NCBI GenBank assembly: GCA_964655175.1 | Contig: CAZZLY010000003.1 | Span: 18,259-82,258 of the forward strand | Source of the DNA: an uncultured bacterium | GTDB taxonomy: Bacteria > Eisenbacteria > RBG-16-71-46 | DNA: 64,000 nt | Direction: 5' to 3' | Part shown: positions 16,795-26,630 of the stretch, in pieces | Layout of the letters: every line of letters begins with the position of its first letter | How positions within the stretch are numbered: position 1 is the stretch's first letter | The notes under the pieces: model-generated | Databases searched by the model: none | The model's input: the letters and a program-made list of their open reading frames with translations, nothing else | What the model was told of the DNA's origin: nothing | Program-made: the position numbers and the translations under genes

Positions 16795-19515
16795 TCAGTC
16801 GAGGCGCACGAAGCGCTGCGTGCGCGAGGTCCCGTGGCTCGTCAGACGCGCCCAGTAGAGGCCGGGCGCGGTGGGGCGTCCGGTGGCGTCACGACCGTCC
16901 CAGCGGACCTCGTGCGGCCCCGCGGCGAGCGTGCCCTGCGGCAGCACGCACACGCGCCGCCCGCTCGCGTCGATCACCTCGAGCGTCACCGGCCCGGGCT
17001 GCGGCAGCGTGAAGCGCAGCGTGGCCTCGCCGTGCGCCGGGTTGGGTCGCACCGGCGCGAACGACAACGGCGCGGCGGCGGGATCGCGACCCACCGCCAC
17101 GCCCGAGACGGGCTCCTGGAACCAGGTCCCCAGGATCGTGTTCACGTTCGACTTGGCGAGCGTGTGCGTCCAGCGATAGGGCCGCCCCGAGACGAACGCG
17201 AAGCGTCCGCCGTTCGGGCGCAGGCCGGCGCCGCCCAGCGGGGTGCGGATGACGCCGATCCCGCGCTGCGGCGTGAAGCCCGAGGTCGCCTTGAACAGCA
17301 GGGCCGTGTCGGTGCGCGTGCGCGTCGTATCGAACAGGCTGCACAGGCTCTGCGCGGCGGTGCGGGTCATGGCCACGAGCCCCGGGCGGGTCGCGAGGCA
17401 GTCGGTCAACGTCGCCCCGGTGTTCGTGAACGTGATGCCCAGATACGTGCGCAGCGAATCGGTCACGAACACGTCGCCCTGCCGTGCCATGAGCAGCACG
17501 TTCCCGCCCGCACGCAGGTACGACAGGATCGGCGTCTGCACCCACGAGTCGAGGTCGCCGTTGAAGTTGTTGCCGATCCAGATCACGTTGCGGTAGCGCC
17601 CGATCACCCCCGGCGGCACCGGGCCGTGCCCGAGCGGGGTGGGCAGCGTGGCCGGGTAGCCGGCCGCCGGGGCCGCGAAGTGGTCCCAGAAGTCGATCGG
17701 GTAATCGCCCTGCAGCGCCTTGTCCGTGTACGCGGTGGTGATCTCGGTGCCGTAGTTGGCCCAGTCCACGCCGTTCACGACCAGCACCGCGCGATCGAAC
17801 GTCGGATGCGAGATCTCGTACTGGATCTGACGCAGCAACCAGTCGTCCGGGTCGAGCGCGACGTCGGTCGGCTCGGCATCCACGTGCAGCGTGAACGTCT
17901 GGCTGGCGAGCGAGTCCTGCACGACGAACGTGCGCGGGCCCGCGGTCGTGGTCACCCGCACGTCGATCGGCATGGTGAACAGCTGCCACGACTGCGTCTG
18001 GCGCAGCGTCAACGTGACGTCGTAGCCGCCGCCGCCCGCCGCCGCCGACCACGCCAGTGAGTACACCGGGTAGTACTCGCCGTACACCCACTGCTGGAAG
18101 TACTTCGTGAGGTCGCGGCCGCTCACCGCCTGGAACGCGGCCTGCACGTCCTCGGTGGTGCCGGTGCCGTACGCGCGATCCTGTCCGTAGCGCTTGAGCC
18201 CCGCGAAGAACACCGTGTCGCCCAGCACGTGCCGCAGCATGTGCAGCACCCACGAACCCTTGTTGTAGGACAGGTTGGAATCGAAGATGCGGTTCTCGTT
18301 GGTGGCGTCCGGCACGTAGACCGAGCCCGCCCCGTAGAAGCGATTGAGGTTGATGTCCGCGTGGTACGCCGCGGCGCCGCCGACCGCCTCCGACCACAGC
18401 GCCTCGGAGTAGGTGGCGAAGCCCTCGTTGACCCAGATGTGATGGAAGTCGCGACAGGTGACCGCGTCGCCCCACCACTGATGGCCGAGCTCGTGCGCGA
18501 CGACGGACTCGTTGAACGTGCCCAGACTCGTGCAGGTCTGGTGCTCCATGCCGCCGCCGAACAGGAACTGCGAATGGCCGTACTTCTCGTCGAGGAACGG
18601 GTACTCGCCGAAGTCCCCCGCGAACGCCCCGATCATGGTCTTGACCTTGGCCTGCACCGCCGCCGCGCCCGCCACGCTCTCGGGGAAGTTGTAGAAATCG
18701 AGGCGCATCGAATCGGTGGGGGTGGGGCGGTACCAGTCGGTCGTGAGCGTGTAGGGATAGCTCTCGATCGACACGAGGTAGGTCGCGATCGGGTGCGACT
18801 CGCGCCAGATCGTCGTCGCCGTCACGCCGTTGTCCGCGGAGGCGAGCAGACGGCCGTTCGAGGCGGTCACGAGGCCGGTGGGCACGGTGAACCGGATGTA
18901 CACGGAGTCGGCCTTGTCCTCGGGGGCGTCCTTGCACGGCCACCACGTGCGCGCGCCGTACGGCTCGGACAGGCTCCAGATGAGCGGGCGCGCGTTCGCG
19001 GTGGTGAACCCGAACGACGCGGTGCCCGGCGTGCCGTGGTAGGTCACGCGCACGTCCAGCCCCTCGCCGGTGGCGTAGGTTCGATCCAGGTTCACCGTGA
19101 GCAGGTTGGTCGCGCGCGTCCACGTGACCGCGGTGCCGCCCGACGTGATGCCGTCCACCACCATGTTGGCGGCCAGATCCAGGTCCATGGTGGTGAGCGG
19201 ACCGCTCGTGACCGTGGCCTGCACGCGCACCGTGCCCGACACGGTGGACGTGCTGGTCGCGAAGCTCAGGTCGAGGGCGTAGCCGCGCACGTCGTAGGCG
19301 AGCTGGTTCGCGGTCGCGGGCGCCTGGATCGCGAACGTGCGCTGCAACTGGTGGGCCTTCCACGCGGCCAGATAGGGCGCCACGTCGGCCTCGTCCCGCA
19401 CCTCCACCGTGCCGTCGGGCAGGGGCGGGAACGTCACCGGCGCGGCGCTGACGGGGGCGGCCACGAGCAGGGCGAACAGGAGCGACGACAGGGCGGCGAG
19501 GGCGCGACGCGGCAT
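16795..19515 (-). CDS. Secreted M1-family zinc metallopeptidase (aminopeptidase N-like) with extra domains and FlgD-Ig/T9SS-type C-terminal domain
   Basis: Trimmed to ATG 19515 (MPRRALAALSSLLFALLVAAPVSA). Gluzincin motifs HELGHQWWGD and WVNEGFATY are present. The C-terminal tail is PNPAHGEATLRF...VRWDGRDATGRPTAPGLYWARLTSHGTSRTQRFVRLD. Confidence 0.85.
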   Translation of the reverse strand: MPRRALAALSSLLFALLVAAPVSAAPVTFPPLPDGTVEVRDEADVAPYLAAWKAHQLQRTFAIQAPATANQLAYDVRGYALDLSFATSTSTVSGTVRVQATVTSGPLTTMDLDLAANMVVDGITSGGTAVTWTRATNLLTVNLDRTYATGEGLDVRVTYHGTPGTASFGFTTANARPLIWSLSEPYGARTWWPCKDAPEDKADSVYIRFTVPTGLVTASNGRLLASADNGVTATTIWRESHPIATYLVSIESYPYTLTTDWYRPTPTDSMRLDFYNFPESVAGAAAVQAKVKTMIGAFAGDFGEYPFLDEKYGHSQFLFGGGMEHQTCTSLGTFNESVVAHELGHQWWGDAVTCRDFHHIWVNEGFATYSEALWSEAVGGAAAYHADINLNRFYGAGSVYVPDATNENRIFDSNLSYNKGSWVLHMLRHVLGDTVFFAGLKRYGQDRAYGTGTTEDVQAAFQAVSGRDLTKYFQQWVYGEYYPVYSLAWSAAAGGGGYDVTLTLRQTQSWQLFTMPIDVRVTTTAGPRTFVVQDSLASQTFTLHVDAEPTDVALDPDDWLLRQIQYEISHPTFDRAVLVVNGVDWANYGTEITTAYTDKALQGDYPIDFWDHFAAPAAGYPATLPTPLGHGPVPPGVIGRYRNVIWIGNNFNGDLDSWVQTPILSYLRAGGNVLLMARQGDVFVTDSLRTYLGITFTNTGATLTDCLATRPGLVAMTRTAAQSLCSLFDTTRTRTDTALLFKATSGFTPQRGIGVIRTPLGGAGLRPNGGRFAFVSGRPYRWTHTLAKSNVNTILGTWFQEPVSGVAVGRDPAAAPLSFAPVRPNPAHGEATLRFTLPQPGPVTLEVIDASGRRVCVLPQGTLAAGPHEVRWDGRDATGRPTAPGLYWARLTSHGTSRTQRFVRLD

Positions 19516-19756
19516 GGGCAGGGGTCCCGGGGTGGTCGTGCGAGACGCGGAGCGATGCGGGGGCGCGACGGAGGCGCGCCGACCGGGAAGCCTAGCATCC
19601 GCACGGGGGCGGACCCCAGTGCGGAATGCGGCGGCGCGCACGGCCCCGCCCCCGGGGGACCGCACTCAATCCCACCTCCGGACCTGCCGATGACCCCGGG
19701 ACCGGCCTCGGGGACCCCCGCGGCCGCGATCCCCCCGAAGACCCCGCGAGGACACG

Positions 19757-20326
19757 ATGACCGGTGACGAGACGTTCCGCGGCCGTGAGTACACGGCCCT
19801 GATGACCGAGGCGCGCGACGTCGAGCGCACGGCGCAGTTCGTGGGGGCGGCCGCGGTGCTCACCGCGTGCGTCCTGCTGTCCTCGGCCGTCACCACGCGC
19901 CACCCCGGGCTCGCGCTGCCGGTGCAGCTCTGCGCCGCGCTCGGCGCGTTCGCGTTCACGGTCGCGCGCCATCGCGTCACCGAGATCGCGACCTACCTGC
20001 GGCGGACGTACGAGCAGAACGGTGAGGCGCAGTGGTTCACCGACCGTGCGTCCCGCCCGAGCGCGACGTGGCCGAACGTCGCCATGATGGTGCTCACGCA
20101 GACGCTCAACGTGACCGCGATCGTGTTCGCCTGGGTGCACGCGAACGTGTCGCCGCACGCCGACCTCGTGTCGGGCGCGGTGACGCTCGTGGGCATGGCG
20201 TTCATGGTCCAGGCGCTGCTCGAGCAGGCCCGTGGCGAGGCCGTGCCGCAGGCGGTCGCGTTCACGCCGCCGCAGCAGGGGCTGCGCGAGGTGCCGCCGC
20301 CGCGGCGCACCAGCGGCATGCGCTGA
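19757..20326 (+). CDS. Hypothetical membrane protein
   Basis: Normal amino-acid composition with 3-4 hydrophobic helices (FVGAAAVLTACVLLSSAV, LCAALGAFAFTV, VAMMVLTQTLNVTAIVFAWV, GAVTLVGMAFMVQALL). The overlapping minus-strand ORFs are Arg-rich shadows. I recognise no family. Confidence 0.5.
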   Translation: MTGDETFRGREYTALMTEARDVERTAQFVGAAAVLTACVLLSSAVTTRHPGLALPVQLCAALGAFAFTVARHRVTEIATYLRRTYEQNGEAQWFTDRASRPSATWPNVAMMVLTQTLNVTAIVFAWVHANVSPHADLVSGAVTLVGMAFMVQALLEQARGEAVPQAVAFTPPQQGLREVPPPRRTSGMR

Positions 20327-20345
20327 GGCCCACCGTTCCTCACGA

Positions 20346-20378
20346 AGAGGCCCGGATGCCGATGGCATCCGGGCCTCT
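20346..20378. terminator. Bidirectional hairpin between convergent genes
   Basis: 15-bp perfect stem AGAGGCCCGGATGCC / GGCATCCGGGCCTCT with loop GAT, between the stops at 20324-20326 and 20400-20402. Confidence 0.6.
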
Positions 20379-20399
20379 CGTGTCGACGGTGCGCGGCGG

Positions 20400-21431
20400 C
20401 TACTTGTGCGAGGCGCGGAACGCGTCGCGCTCCTTGCGCGCGAGCAGCAGGATGTCGTTGGGGATGCGCACGCCCGCCATGCTGTTGGCGAAGTCCTCGG
20501 CGACACTGCGGAACTGCGCCGCGTTGGCCGGCGTGATCGTCATCACCTTGAGCCCGCGCTTCTTCATCTCGGCGACCGCCGTCGTGTCCTGACGCGGCAC
20601 CTCGATCTCGAGCTTGCGCTCCATGCGGTCGCAGGCGGCCTGCACCTTGGCGCGGTCCGCCTCGGGCAGCTTGTTCCACGCCGCCTTCGTCATCACGAGC
20701 CCGCCCACGAGCGGTGCCATGCCCATGCCGACCATGTTCGGCGTCTGGCGGTACCACTGCAGCGTCAGGCCGAGCAGCGGCGTCGTCGGGTAGGCGTCGA
20801 TCATGCCGGTCTGCAGCCCCGTCATGATGTCGGTCGCGGCGAGCGGCACGACGTTGAAGCCCTTGGCCTTCCAGATGACGGCCATCTTGTCGTCACCGGC
20901 CCAGATGAACAGCTTGGTCTTGCGCATGCCCTCGACCGACTCGACCGGCTGCTTGGTGAAGAAGTACACCCAGCCGCCGTGGCCCCACGACAGCAGCACG
21001 AAGCCCTTCTCGTCGAGGCGCTGCTTGAGCGTCGGCTCGAGCTTGGCGAGCGTCGCGTAGAGCTCGGGGTACGAGGTGAAGAACATCGGCACGTTGAAGA
21101 CGTTGAACGACGGGTCGATCGAGGCGAGGCCGGCGGTGGTGATGGCGGCCGCCTGCAGCTGCCCGATGCGCATCTTGCGCACGACGTCGGGCTCGTCACC
21201 GGCCACGCCGCCGGGGTACACGCGCAGCGAGACGCGGCCCTGCGTGGCGGTGGACCATTCGGTGCCCATGTCGCGCAACGCCTTGTCCCACACCGAGCCC
21301 TCGGGCACGAGCGTGGCGAGCTTGACGACGGCGCCCTGGGCGGCCGCGGGCCGCGGCAGCGCGAGCAGCAGCGTCGCGAGCACGAGCGTGACGAGTGACG
21401 GGAACGACCAACGGGACTTCGGGACGATCAT
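20400..21431 (-). CDS. TRAP transporter substrate-binding protein (DctP family)
   Basis: Signal peptide, then KLATLVPEGSVWDKALRDMGTEW...RIGQLQAAAITTAGL...FNVPMFF, a typical DctP/TatP(T) pattern. ATG 21431 overlaps the upstream stop (ATGA). Confidence 0.85.
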   Translation of the reverse strand: MIVPKSRWSFPSLVTLVLATLLLALPRPAAAQGAVVKLATLVPEGSVWDKALRDMGTEWSTATQGRVSLRVYPGGVAGDEPDVVRKMRIGQLQAAAITTAGLASIDPSFNVFNVPMFFTSYPELYATLAKLEPTLKQRLDEKGFVLLSWGHGGWVYFFTKQPVESVEGMRKTKLFIWAGDDKMAVIWKAKGFNVVPLAATDIMTGLQTGMIDAYPTTPLLGLTLQWYRQTPNMVGMGMAPLVGGLVMTKAAWNKLPEADRAKVQAACDRMERKLEIEVPRQDTTAVAEMKKRGLKVMTITPANAAQFRSVAEDFANSMAGVRIPNDILLLARKERDAFRASHK

Positions 21432-22396
21432 CGGTTCTCCTGGGTCGTGGTGGTGTCGGCTTCGGTCGGGGAGGCGTCATCGAGGAAGAACTCGTCCTGG
21501 CGGGCGAGGAGCGCCTTGGCCTTGCGCTGCAGCACGATCGTGGCCAGTCGCTGCCGGGGGTCGCGGTCGGGGTCGAACGTGAGCGCGTGCTCGAGCAGAC
21601 GCACGAACTCGGCGCGGTCCTGCGTCTGCACCGACACGCTCTGCGCCAGCGTCACGTACGGCGAGGGGCGCGATTCGTGGGCGATCTCGAGGGCGCGCGC
21701 GAAGTGCCGTCGCACGCTCTCCGGCGTGCCGCCGCCACCCGGGATCGCATCGAGCACCATGGCCGCCTCGTGGAACGCGCCGGCCTCGTAGCGCTCGTCG
21801 AGCACGAGCCCGCGTTCGACGAGCGCGCGGATGGCCGAGAGATCCGCCAGCATCTCGGGCTTGTCCTTGCCCAACGAGATCGCCGAGCCCCAGCTGGCGG
21901 CCGTCCAGTAGAGCGCGGGCAGGTCCTGGGCCGTCAGGCGCGCGACGGCGCGCTCGGGGGCGAGCGCGAGCGAGTCGGCGATGCCGGGATGCCGCCGTGC
22001 GAGCGCGCGCAGGCCGTAGCCGCGCGCGCGCACGAACAGCTTGAACGCGCGCTCGTGCAGCGCGGTCGCACGCGCGTAGTCGGTGTTCACCAGCAGGTCG
22101 CCCTCGGACTGCACGAACGCGAACGCGTACTGCGTGTAGCCCTGACACAGCGCGAGCAGCAGGCCCTCGTGATCGGGGATCGTCGCGAGCAGCGACTCCA
22201 TCGTCTTGAGCCCGAACGGCAGCGCGTCGCGCACGAGCTCGGGATCGTCGTCGGTCGCGAACACGTCGGTGCCGGTCGTGAGCGAGTTGGCGACGCTCTT
22301 GACGGCCATGCGCTTGAGCGAGCACCCGGGCAGCAGGGCGAGCGCGGCGATCGTCGCGAGGGCGGCGAGACGGCGGGGCAGCGGGGACGTGGTCAC
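21428..22396 (-). CDS. TRAP-associated TPR lipoprotein, TatT family
   Basis: ORF 21428..22465 trimmed to GTG 22396, which is preceded by GGAGGAG. It has a lipobox (LALLPGCS) and all-helical TPR-like content with ALYWTAASWG and RHFARALEI motifs typical of TatT. It is translationally coupled to the DctP gene. Confidence 0.7.
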   Translation of the reverse strand: MTTSPLPRRLAALATIAALALLPGCSLKRMAVKSVANSLTTGTDVFATDDDPELVRDALPFGLKTMESLLATIPDHEGLLLALCQGYTQYAFAFVQSEGDLLVNTDYARATALHERAFKLFVRARGYGLRALARRHPGIADSLALAPERAVARLTAQDLPALYWTAASWGSAISLGKDKPEMLADLSAIRALVERGLVLDERYEAGAFHEAAMVLDAIPGGGGTPESVRRHFARALEIAHESRPSPYVTLAQSVSVQTQDRAEFVRLLEHALTFDPDRDPRQRLATIVLQRKAKALLARQDEFFLDDASPTEADTTTTQENR

Positions 22397-22504
22397 AGGG
22401 ACTCCTCCGGGTGCACGGCCCGGACGCACGGTCGGCGTCCCTGCCGCGGTGTTCTGACCCGCCACGCTAGCGTGCGCGGGGCGCGCTCGGCAAGCCTGCG
22501 CGGT

Positions 22505-23503
22505 TCACCAGCGCAGCGCGCAACCGGCCCACGCGAAACCCGCCCCGAACGCCGCGAGGACGACGAGGTCGCCGTCGTGGATGCGGCCCGCGTCGCGCGC
22601 CTCGGTCAACGCGATCGGGATGCTCGCGGCGGTCGTGTTGCCGTAGCGCTCGATGTTCTGGAACACGCGTTCGCTCGGCACGCCCAGACGCTCGGCGACC
22701 GCATCGCCGATACGACGGTTCGCCTGATGCGGCACGATGAGGGCGACCTCGTCCAGCGTGTGCCCGCTCCGACTCAACACCTCCTGGATGACCTCGGGGA
22801 AGCGCGTCGTGGCGTTCTTGAACACCTGCCGGCCGTTCATCTGCGGGTACTGCCGACCCGCGGCGAGCATCTCGGGGGTGACGCGACCCGCCTCGCGCGA
22901 CGTCGGTGCCTCGCACCACAGTTCGCGCGCGAGCGCGCCCTCGCTGTGCAGCGCCCACGACAGGATCCCGCGCGGCGCCTCGCACGGTTCGACCACCGCG
23001 GCGCCCGCGCCGTCGCCGAACAGCACCGCCATGTCGCGCCCGCGCGTGCTCAGGTCGAGCCCGGTGCTCTGCACCTCGGCGCCGATGACGAGCACGCAGC
23101 GATAGCGGCCCATGCGCACGAACGCGTCGGCCACCGACAGGCCGTACAGGAACCCGCTGCACGCGTTGCGCACGTCGAGCGCACCCACGGTGCCCAGGCC
23201 CAGCTGCTGCTGTACGAGCACGCCGTTGCCGGGGAACATGTAGTCGGGCGTGGTCGTGGCGAAGATCACGAAGTCCACGTCGGCGGCGGTGCGGCCCGCG
23301 TCGGCGAGCGCACGGCGCGCGGCCTCGGCCCCCAGGTCGCTCGAGCCCGTGCCGGGATCCACGAAGTGGCGCTCACGGATGCCGGTGCGCTCGACGATCC
23401 ACGCATCGCTCGTGTCCATGAGCGCGGTGAGGTCGTGGTTGGTGACCGTGCGCGGCGGGACGTGGAAGCCGAGACCGGTGAGGCGCGAGTGCAGGGCGGA
23501 CAT
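22505..23503 (-). CDS. fabH: 3-oxoacyl-ACP synthase III (KAS III)
   Basis: Active-site context NACSGFLYGL, HQANRRI and GNTTAASIPIAL. The length of 332 aa is typical. Confidence 0.9.
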   Translation of the reverse strand: MSALHSRLTGLGFHVPPRTVTNHDLTALMDTSDAWIVERTGIRERHFVDPGTGSSDLGAEAARRALADAGRTAADVDFVIFATTTPDYMFPGNGVLVQQQLGLGTVGALDVRNACSGFLYGLSVADAFVRMGRYRCVLVIGAEVQSTGLDLSTRGRDMAVLFGDGAGAAVVEPCEAPRGILSWALHSEGALARELWCEAPTSREAGRVTPEMLAAGRQYPQMNGRQVFKNATTRFPEVIQEVLSRSGHTLDEVALIVPHQANRRIGDAVAERLGVPSERVFQNIERYGNTTAASIPIALTEARDAGRIHDGDLVVLAAFGAGFAWAGCALRW

Positions 23504-23583
23504 GGCGGGCTCCGAGGCGAGGGACCGTGGGGAACGCGGCGAGCATCGGGACCCCGGGGGGCCGCGTCAACCGCGTGCGGCGG

Positions 23584-24366
23584 TCAGCGCCGCAGCAGCG
23601 CCAGATAGGCGTCGACCCAGCCCTGGCCCCACAGGTACGCGGCCATGGCGGCGGGCGCGAGGAACGTGCCGAACGGTAGTGCGGTGCGCATGTTCCCGCG
23701 GCGCGTGGCCATGAGCACCAGACCCACGAGCGAGCCGCCGAACGCCGCGAGCGAGATGGTCACGAACGCCCCGACGGGTCCGGTGAGCGCACCGAACATG
23801 GCGCCCAGCTTCACGTCGCCGCCGCCCATGCCCTCACGCTTGAGGACCTTCTCCCACAGCCACAGGAACAGCCACAGGTAGCCCGCGCCCACGACGATGC
23901 CCAGCAGCGCGTGCCGCAGGCCCGGGCCCAGTGCCGCCGCCACGAGCGCCAGCAGCGTGCCGGGGAACGTGAGCGCGTCGGGGAGGAGCTGCACCTCGAG
24001 GTCGATCATGAACAGCGCCACGAGCAGCACCCCCCACAGCAGCACCGGGGCGAGCGCGACGGTCCATCCCAGCTTGAGACCGATGAGCACGGCCCACGCG
24101 GCACAGGCGAGTTCCATGAGCGGGTAGCGCACGCTCACGCGCGCGCCGCACGTGCGGCAGCGGCCCAGACTGAAGAGCCAGCTGAACACCGGGACGAGGT
24201 CGAGCGGCCCCAGCACGCGACCACACGCGGTGCACCGGGAGCGACCGGCGACCCACGACTGCTTGCGCGGCAGCCGCCACGCGAGCGCGGTCATGCCACT
24301 GCCCAGCACGGCGCCGAGGACCGCGAGTATGGTGAGACCGAACAGGGTCAGGTCGGAAGGGACCAC
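23584..24366 (-). CDS. pilD: Prepilin peptidase (A24 family)
   Basis: N-terminal zinc-ribbon-like CTACG...CRTCG, a polytopic membrane core and the catalytic Asp context GGGDVKLGAMFG. Confidence 0.85.
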   Translation of the reverse strand: MVPSDLTLFGLTILAVLGAVLGSGMTALAWRLPRKQSWVAGRSRCTACGRVLGPLDLVPVFSWLFSLGRCRTCGARVSVRYPLMELACAAWAVLIGLKLGWTVALAPVLLWGVLLVALFMIDLEVQLLPDALTFPGTLLALVAAALGPGLRHALLGIVVGAGYLWLFLWLWEKVLKREGMGGGDVKLGAMFGALTGPVGAFVTISLAAFGGSLVGLVLMATRRGNMRTALPFGTFLAPAAMAAYLWGQGWVDAYLALLRR

Positions 24367-24429
24367 GACGGCGGGTTCTCCTTGAGAGGGCGGACCGACG
24401 GGGCCACGCTACACGATAAACCCCGCTCC

Positions 24430-24771
24430 GTGTACGAGGCCGCCTTGCCGATCCGCATCCTGATGGCGCTCGCCATCCTGCTCAACACGCTCGACCTGAT
24501 CGCCACGTCGTTCGGCATCCTGAGGTTCGGGAACGCCGAGGGCAATCCGCTGCTCGCCGCTCTCATGGAGCGCTCGTGGCTGGCGTTCATGCTGGTCAAG
24601 GGCGTGGGCATCCCGCTGCTGCTGGCGTTCCTCGTCGTGATGCACCGGCATGCGCCGCGGCTGGTGCTCATCGGGCTCGCGGCCGTGGTCGTGGCGCTCA
24701 GCGTGGCACTGGGCCTGTGGGGCGTGTGGTACGGCGGCATGCTGGCGAGCGCGGGGCCGGCCCCGATGTGA
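24430..24771 (+). CDS. Small membrane protein, DUF5658-like
   Basis: The tail of ORF 23911..24771 reads ALAILLNTLDLIATSFGILRFGNAEGNPLL, followed by two more TM helices. The D..T...E.NPL pattern matches DUF5658. The start is uncertain (GTG 24430 or ATG 24463). Confidence 0.5.
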   Translation: MYEAALPIRILMALAILLNTLDLIATSFGILRFGNAEGNPLLAALMERSWLAFMLVKGVGIPLLLAFLVVMHRHAPRLVLIGLAAVVVALSVALGLWGVWYGGMLASAGPAPM

Positions 24772-24849
24772 CGTCCCGGACGTGCACCGGGCCGGGGCGG
24801 CCGCCGCGTGCAGCGGTGCCGCCACAGCCCGGTGTCGTTGCACCCGCGA

Positions 24850-26127
24850 TCACTTCGCCGGATCGGGCAGCAGTCGCGGCGTGACCTCGATGATGAGATC
24901 GCGCTTGGCCTTGGTCGTCTTGGAGTGCTGGAACAGCCGGCCCAGGAGCGGCAGGTCGCCGAGCAGCGGCACGCGCGTGACGTTGGTCGTCTCCTCCTCG
25001 CTCAGCAGACCGCCGATGAGCACGGTGTTGCCGTCCTTGAGGCGCACGGTGGTCTCGGCCTGACGCGTCGCGACGACGGGCAGGTCGGCCGAGGTGCCGC
25101 GGAAGCCACTGATCGAGCTGACCTCGGGACGGATGCGCACGGTGATGTACCCGTCGGCGTTGATGAGCGGCGTGATGGCGAGCTTGATGCCCACCTCCTC
25201 GTGCTGCACCGACGTCGTCGGCGCCGCCGCGCCACCCGCGAACACGGTCTGCCCGGTCTGGTAGGGGATGCGCGTGCCGGACAGCATGCTCGCCTCCTTG
25301 CCGTTCAGCGTGACCAGCTTGGGGCTCGCGAGCACGCGCGCGTTGCCGTCCTGCACGAGCGCATCCAGGAACACGCGGAACGCTTTGGGCACGCGATTGA
25401 AGTTGCGCAGCTTCCAGACGTCGTTCGTGCCCGGCGTGCCGGCCACGCCCGGCGCATCGGTGAGCGCGCCGGGTTCGTCGAGCGAACCGCCGAACGTCGC
25501 GTCCGTGGTGCCCTCGACGAACGTGAAGCCCTGACGATTGAGCAGGTCCCAGTCCACGCCGAGCTTCTTGAGACCGTCCGTGCTCACCTCGAGGATGCGC
25601 GCCTCGAGCATGACCTGCCGCGCCGGCTGGTCCAGCTGTTGCACGATCGACTGCATGTCGGCGATGACGCGCGGCGAGGTGACCACGATGAGGCGGTTGC
25701 CACCGCGGTCCACCTGGATGTTGTCGGACAGACCCTTGAGCGCGGCCGCGACCTCGGTGGCGTCGGCGTACTGCAGCGTGAGCGTGTACGAGGACAGGCC
25801 GGTCTCGTCGCGCAGCGCCTTGGCGTCGGCGACGAGGATCGAGTTACCGATGCGCTCGTACGCCAACCCGGCCGCGCGCACGACGAGGTTGACCGCCTGC
25901 TCGACCGGCACGTCCTTGAGATGGATGGTGATCTTGCCCGTGCTCACGCCCGGGCCGGTCACGATGTTGAGGTCGCCCTTCTCGGCGAGGATCTTGAGCA
26001 CCGCGGGCAGGCTCGCGTCATCGGCGTCGAGCGAGATCGGGCGATCGAGCGAGGCCGCCTGCGCGGTCGTCAGGGACAACGCCAGCAGCAGCAGGGTCGA
26101 GCGCAGCAGTCGGGAGAACGGGATCAC
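24850..26127 (-). CDS. pilQ: Secretin (PilQ/GspD family), short form
   Basis: Signal peptide, two N-domain-like repeats (ISLDADDASLPAVLKILAE; TLQYADATEVAAALKGL), and a secretin core (VMLEARILEVS...VPLLGDLPLLGRLF). The GTG start overlaps the upstream stop (GTGA). Confidence 0.85.
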   Translation of the reverse strand: MIPFSRLLRSTLLLLALSLTTAQAASLDRPISLDADDASLPAVLKILAEKGDLNIVTGPGVSTGKITIHLKDVPVEQAVNLVVRAAGLAYERIGNSILVADAKALRDETGLSSYTLTLQYADATEVAAALKGLSDNIQVDRGGNRLIVVTSPRVIADMQSIVQQLDQPARQVMLEARILEVSTDGLKKLGVDWDLLNRQGFTFVEGTTDATFGGSLDEPGALTDAPGVAGTPGTNDVWKLRNFNRVPKAFRVFLDALVQDGNARVLASPKLVTLNGKEASMLSGTRIPYQTGQTVFAGGAAAPTTSVQHEEVGIKLAITPLINADGYITVRIRPEVSSISGFRGTSADLPVVATRQAETTVRLKDGNTVLIGGLLSEEETTNVTRVPLLGDLPLLGRLFQHSKTTKAKRDLIIEVTPRLLPDPAK

Positions 26128-26630
26128 GGGGTGTCTCCGGGGTCACGGCGTTGCAGCACGAGGGTCGCCTCACCGCGTCGCAGGGTGACCTGCGTGCGGG
26201 TGATGGCGACCACCTGGAACTCATCGAACAGTCCGCCCTGACGCACCGTCCAGTCGCGGTCCTTCCAACGCAGCAGCGCGCGCGGGTCGTTGTCGAACAG
26301 GATCGCGGTGAGCACGGGCTCGCTCGGGGCCGTCGGGGCCGCCGCTCGGGCCCGGACCGGGGTCGGTGCCGGGACGCTCACCGGGTTTTCGACCGCGGCG
26401 CGTCCGAACATGAACGGGTCGCGCGAGGGCGCGGCCGGCGCGGCCGGGCGCGGCGTGGACAACTGGGCTTCGAGGGTGCGGAAGGCGGGCGCCACCGCGA
26501 GTCGGCTGCCGTGCGCGCCGGTGCCGTAGGCCCCGGTGACGCGCAGCCCGGCGAGCGTCTGAACGGCGACCACGACCAGCACGACGAGCGCCACGAGCGC
26601 CGGGACGAGGTCCATGGGGTCGCGCTTCAT
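26124..26630 (-). CDS. PilP-like pilus assembly protein (TM-anchored)
   Basis: Sits between the PilO-like and PilQ genes. It has an N-terminal TM helix, a Pro/Ala linker and a C-terminal beta domain (LTAILFDNDPRALLRWKDRDWTVRQGGLFDEFQVVAITRTQVTL) resembling PilP/GspC HR domains. Confidence 0.5.
   Translation of the reverse strand: MKRDPMDLVPALVALVVLVVVAVQTLAGLRVTGAYGTGAHGSRLAVAPAFRTLEAQLSTPRPAAPAAPSRDPFMFGRAAVENPVSVPAPTPVRARAAAPTAPSEPVLTAILFDNDPRALLRWKDRDWTVRQGGLFDEFQVVAITRTQVTLRRGEATLVLQRRDPGDTP

Noticed and set aside
16889-19363. 824-aa minus ORF, and + ORFs 16747..18060 and 18229..19767, overlapping the M1 peptidase gene
   Set aside because: They are Arg/Gly/His-rich and have no motifs. 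The 16795..19515 frame has HEXXH-E and a signal peptide.
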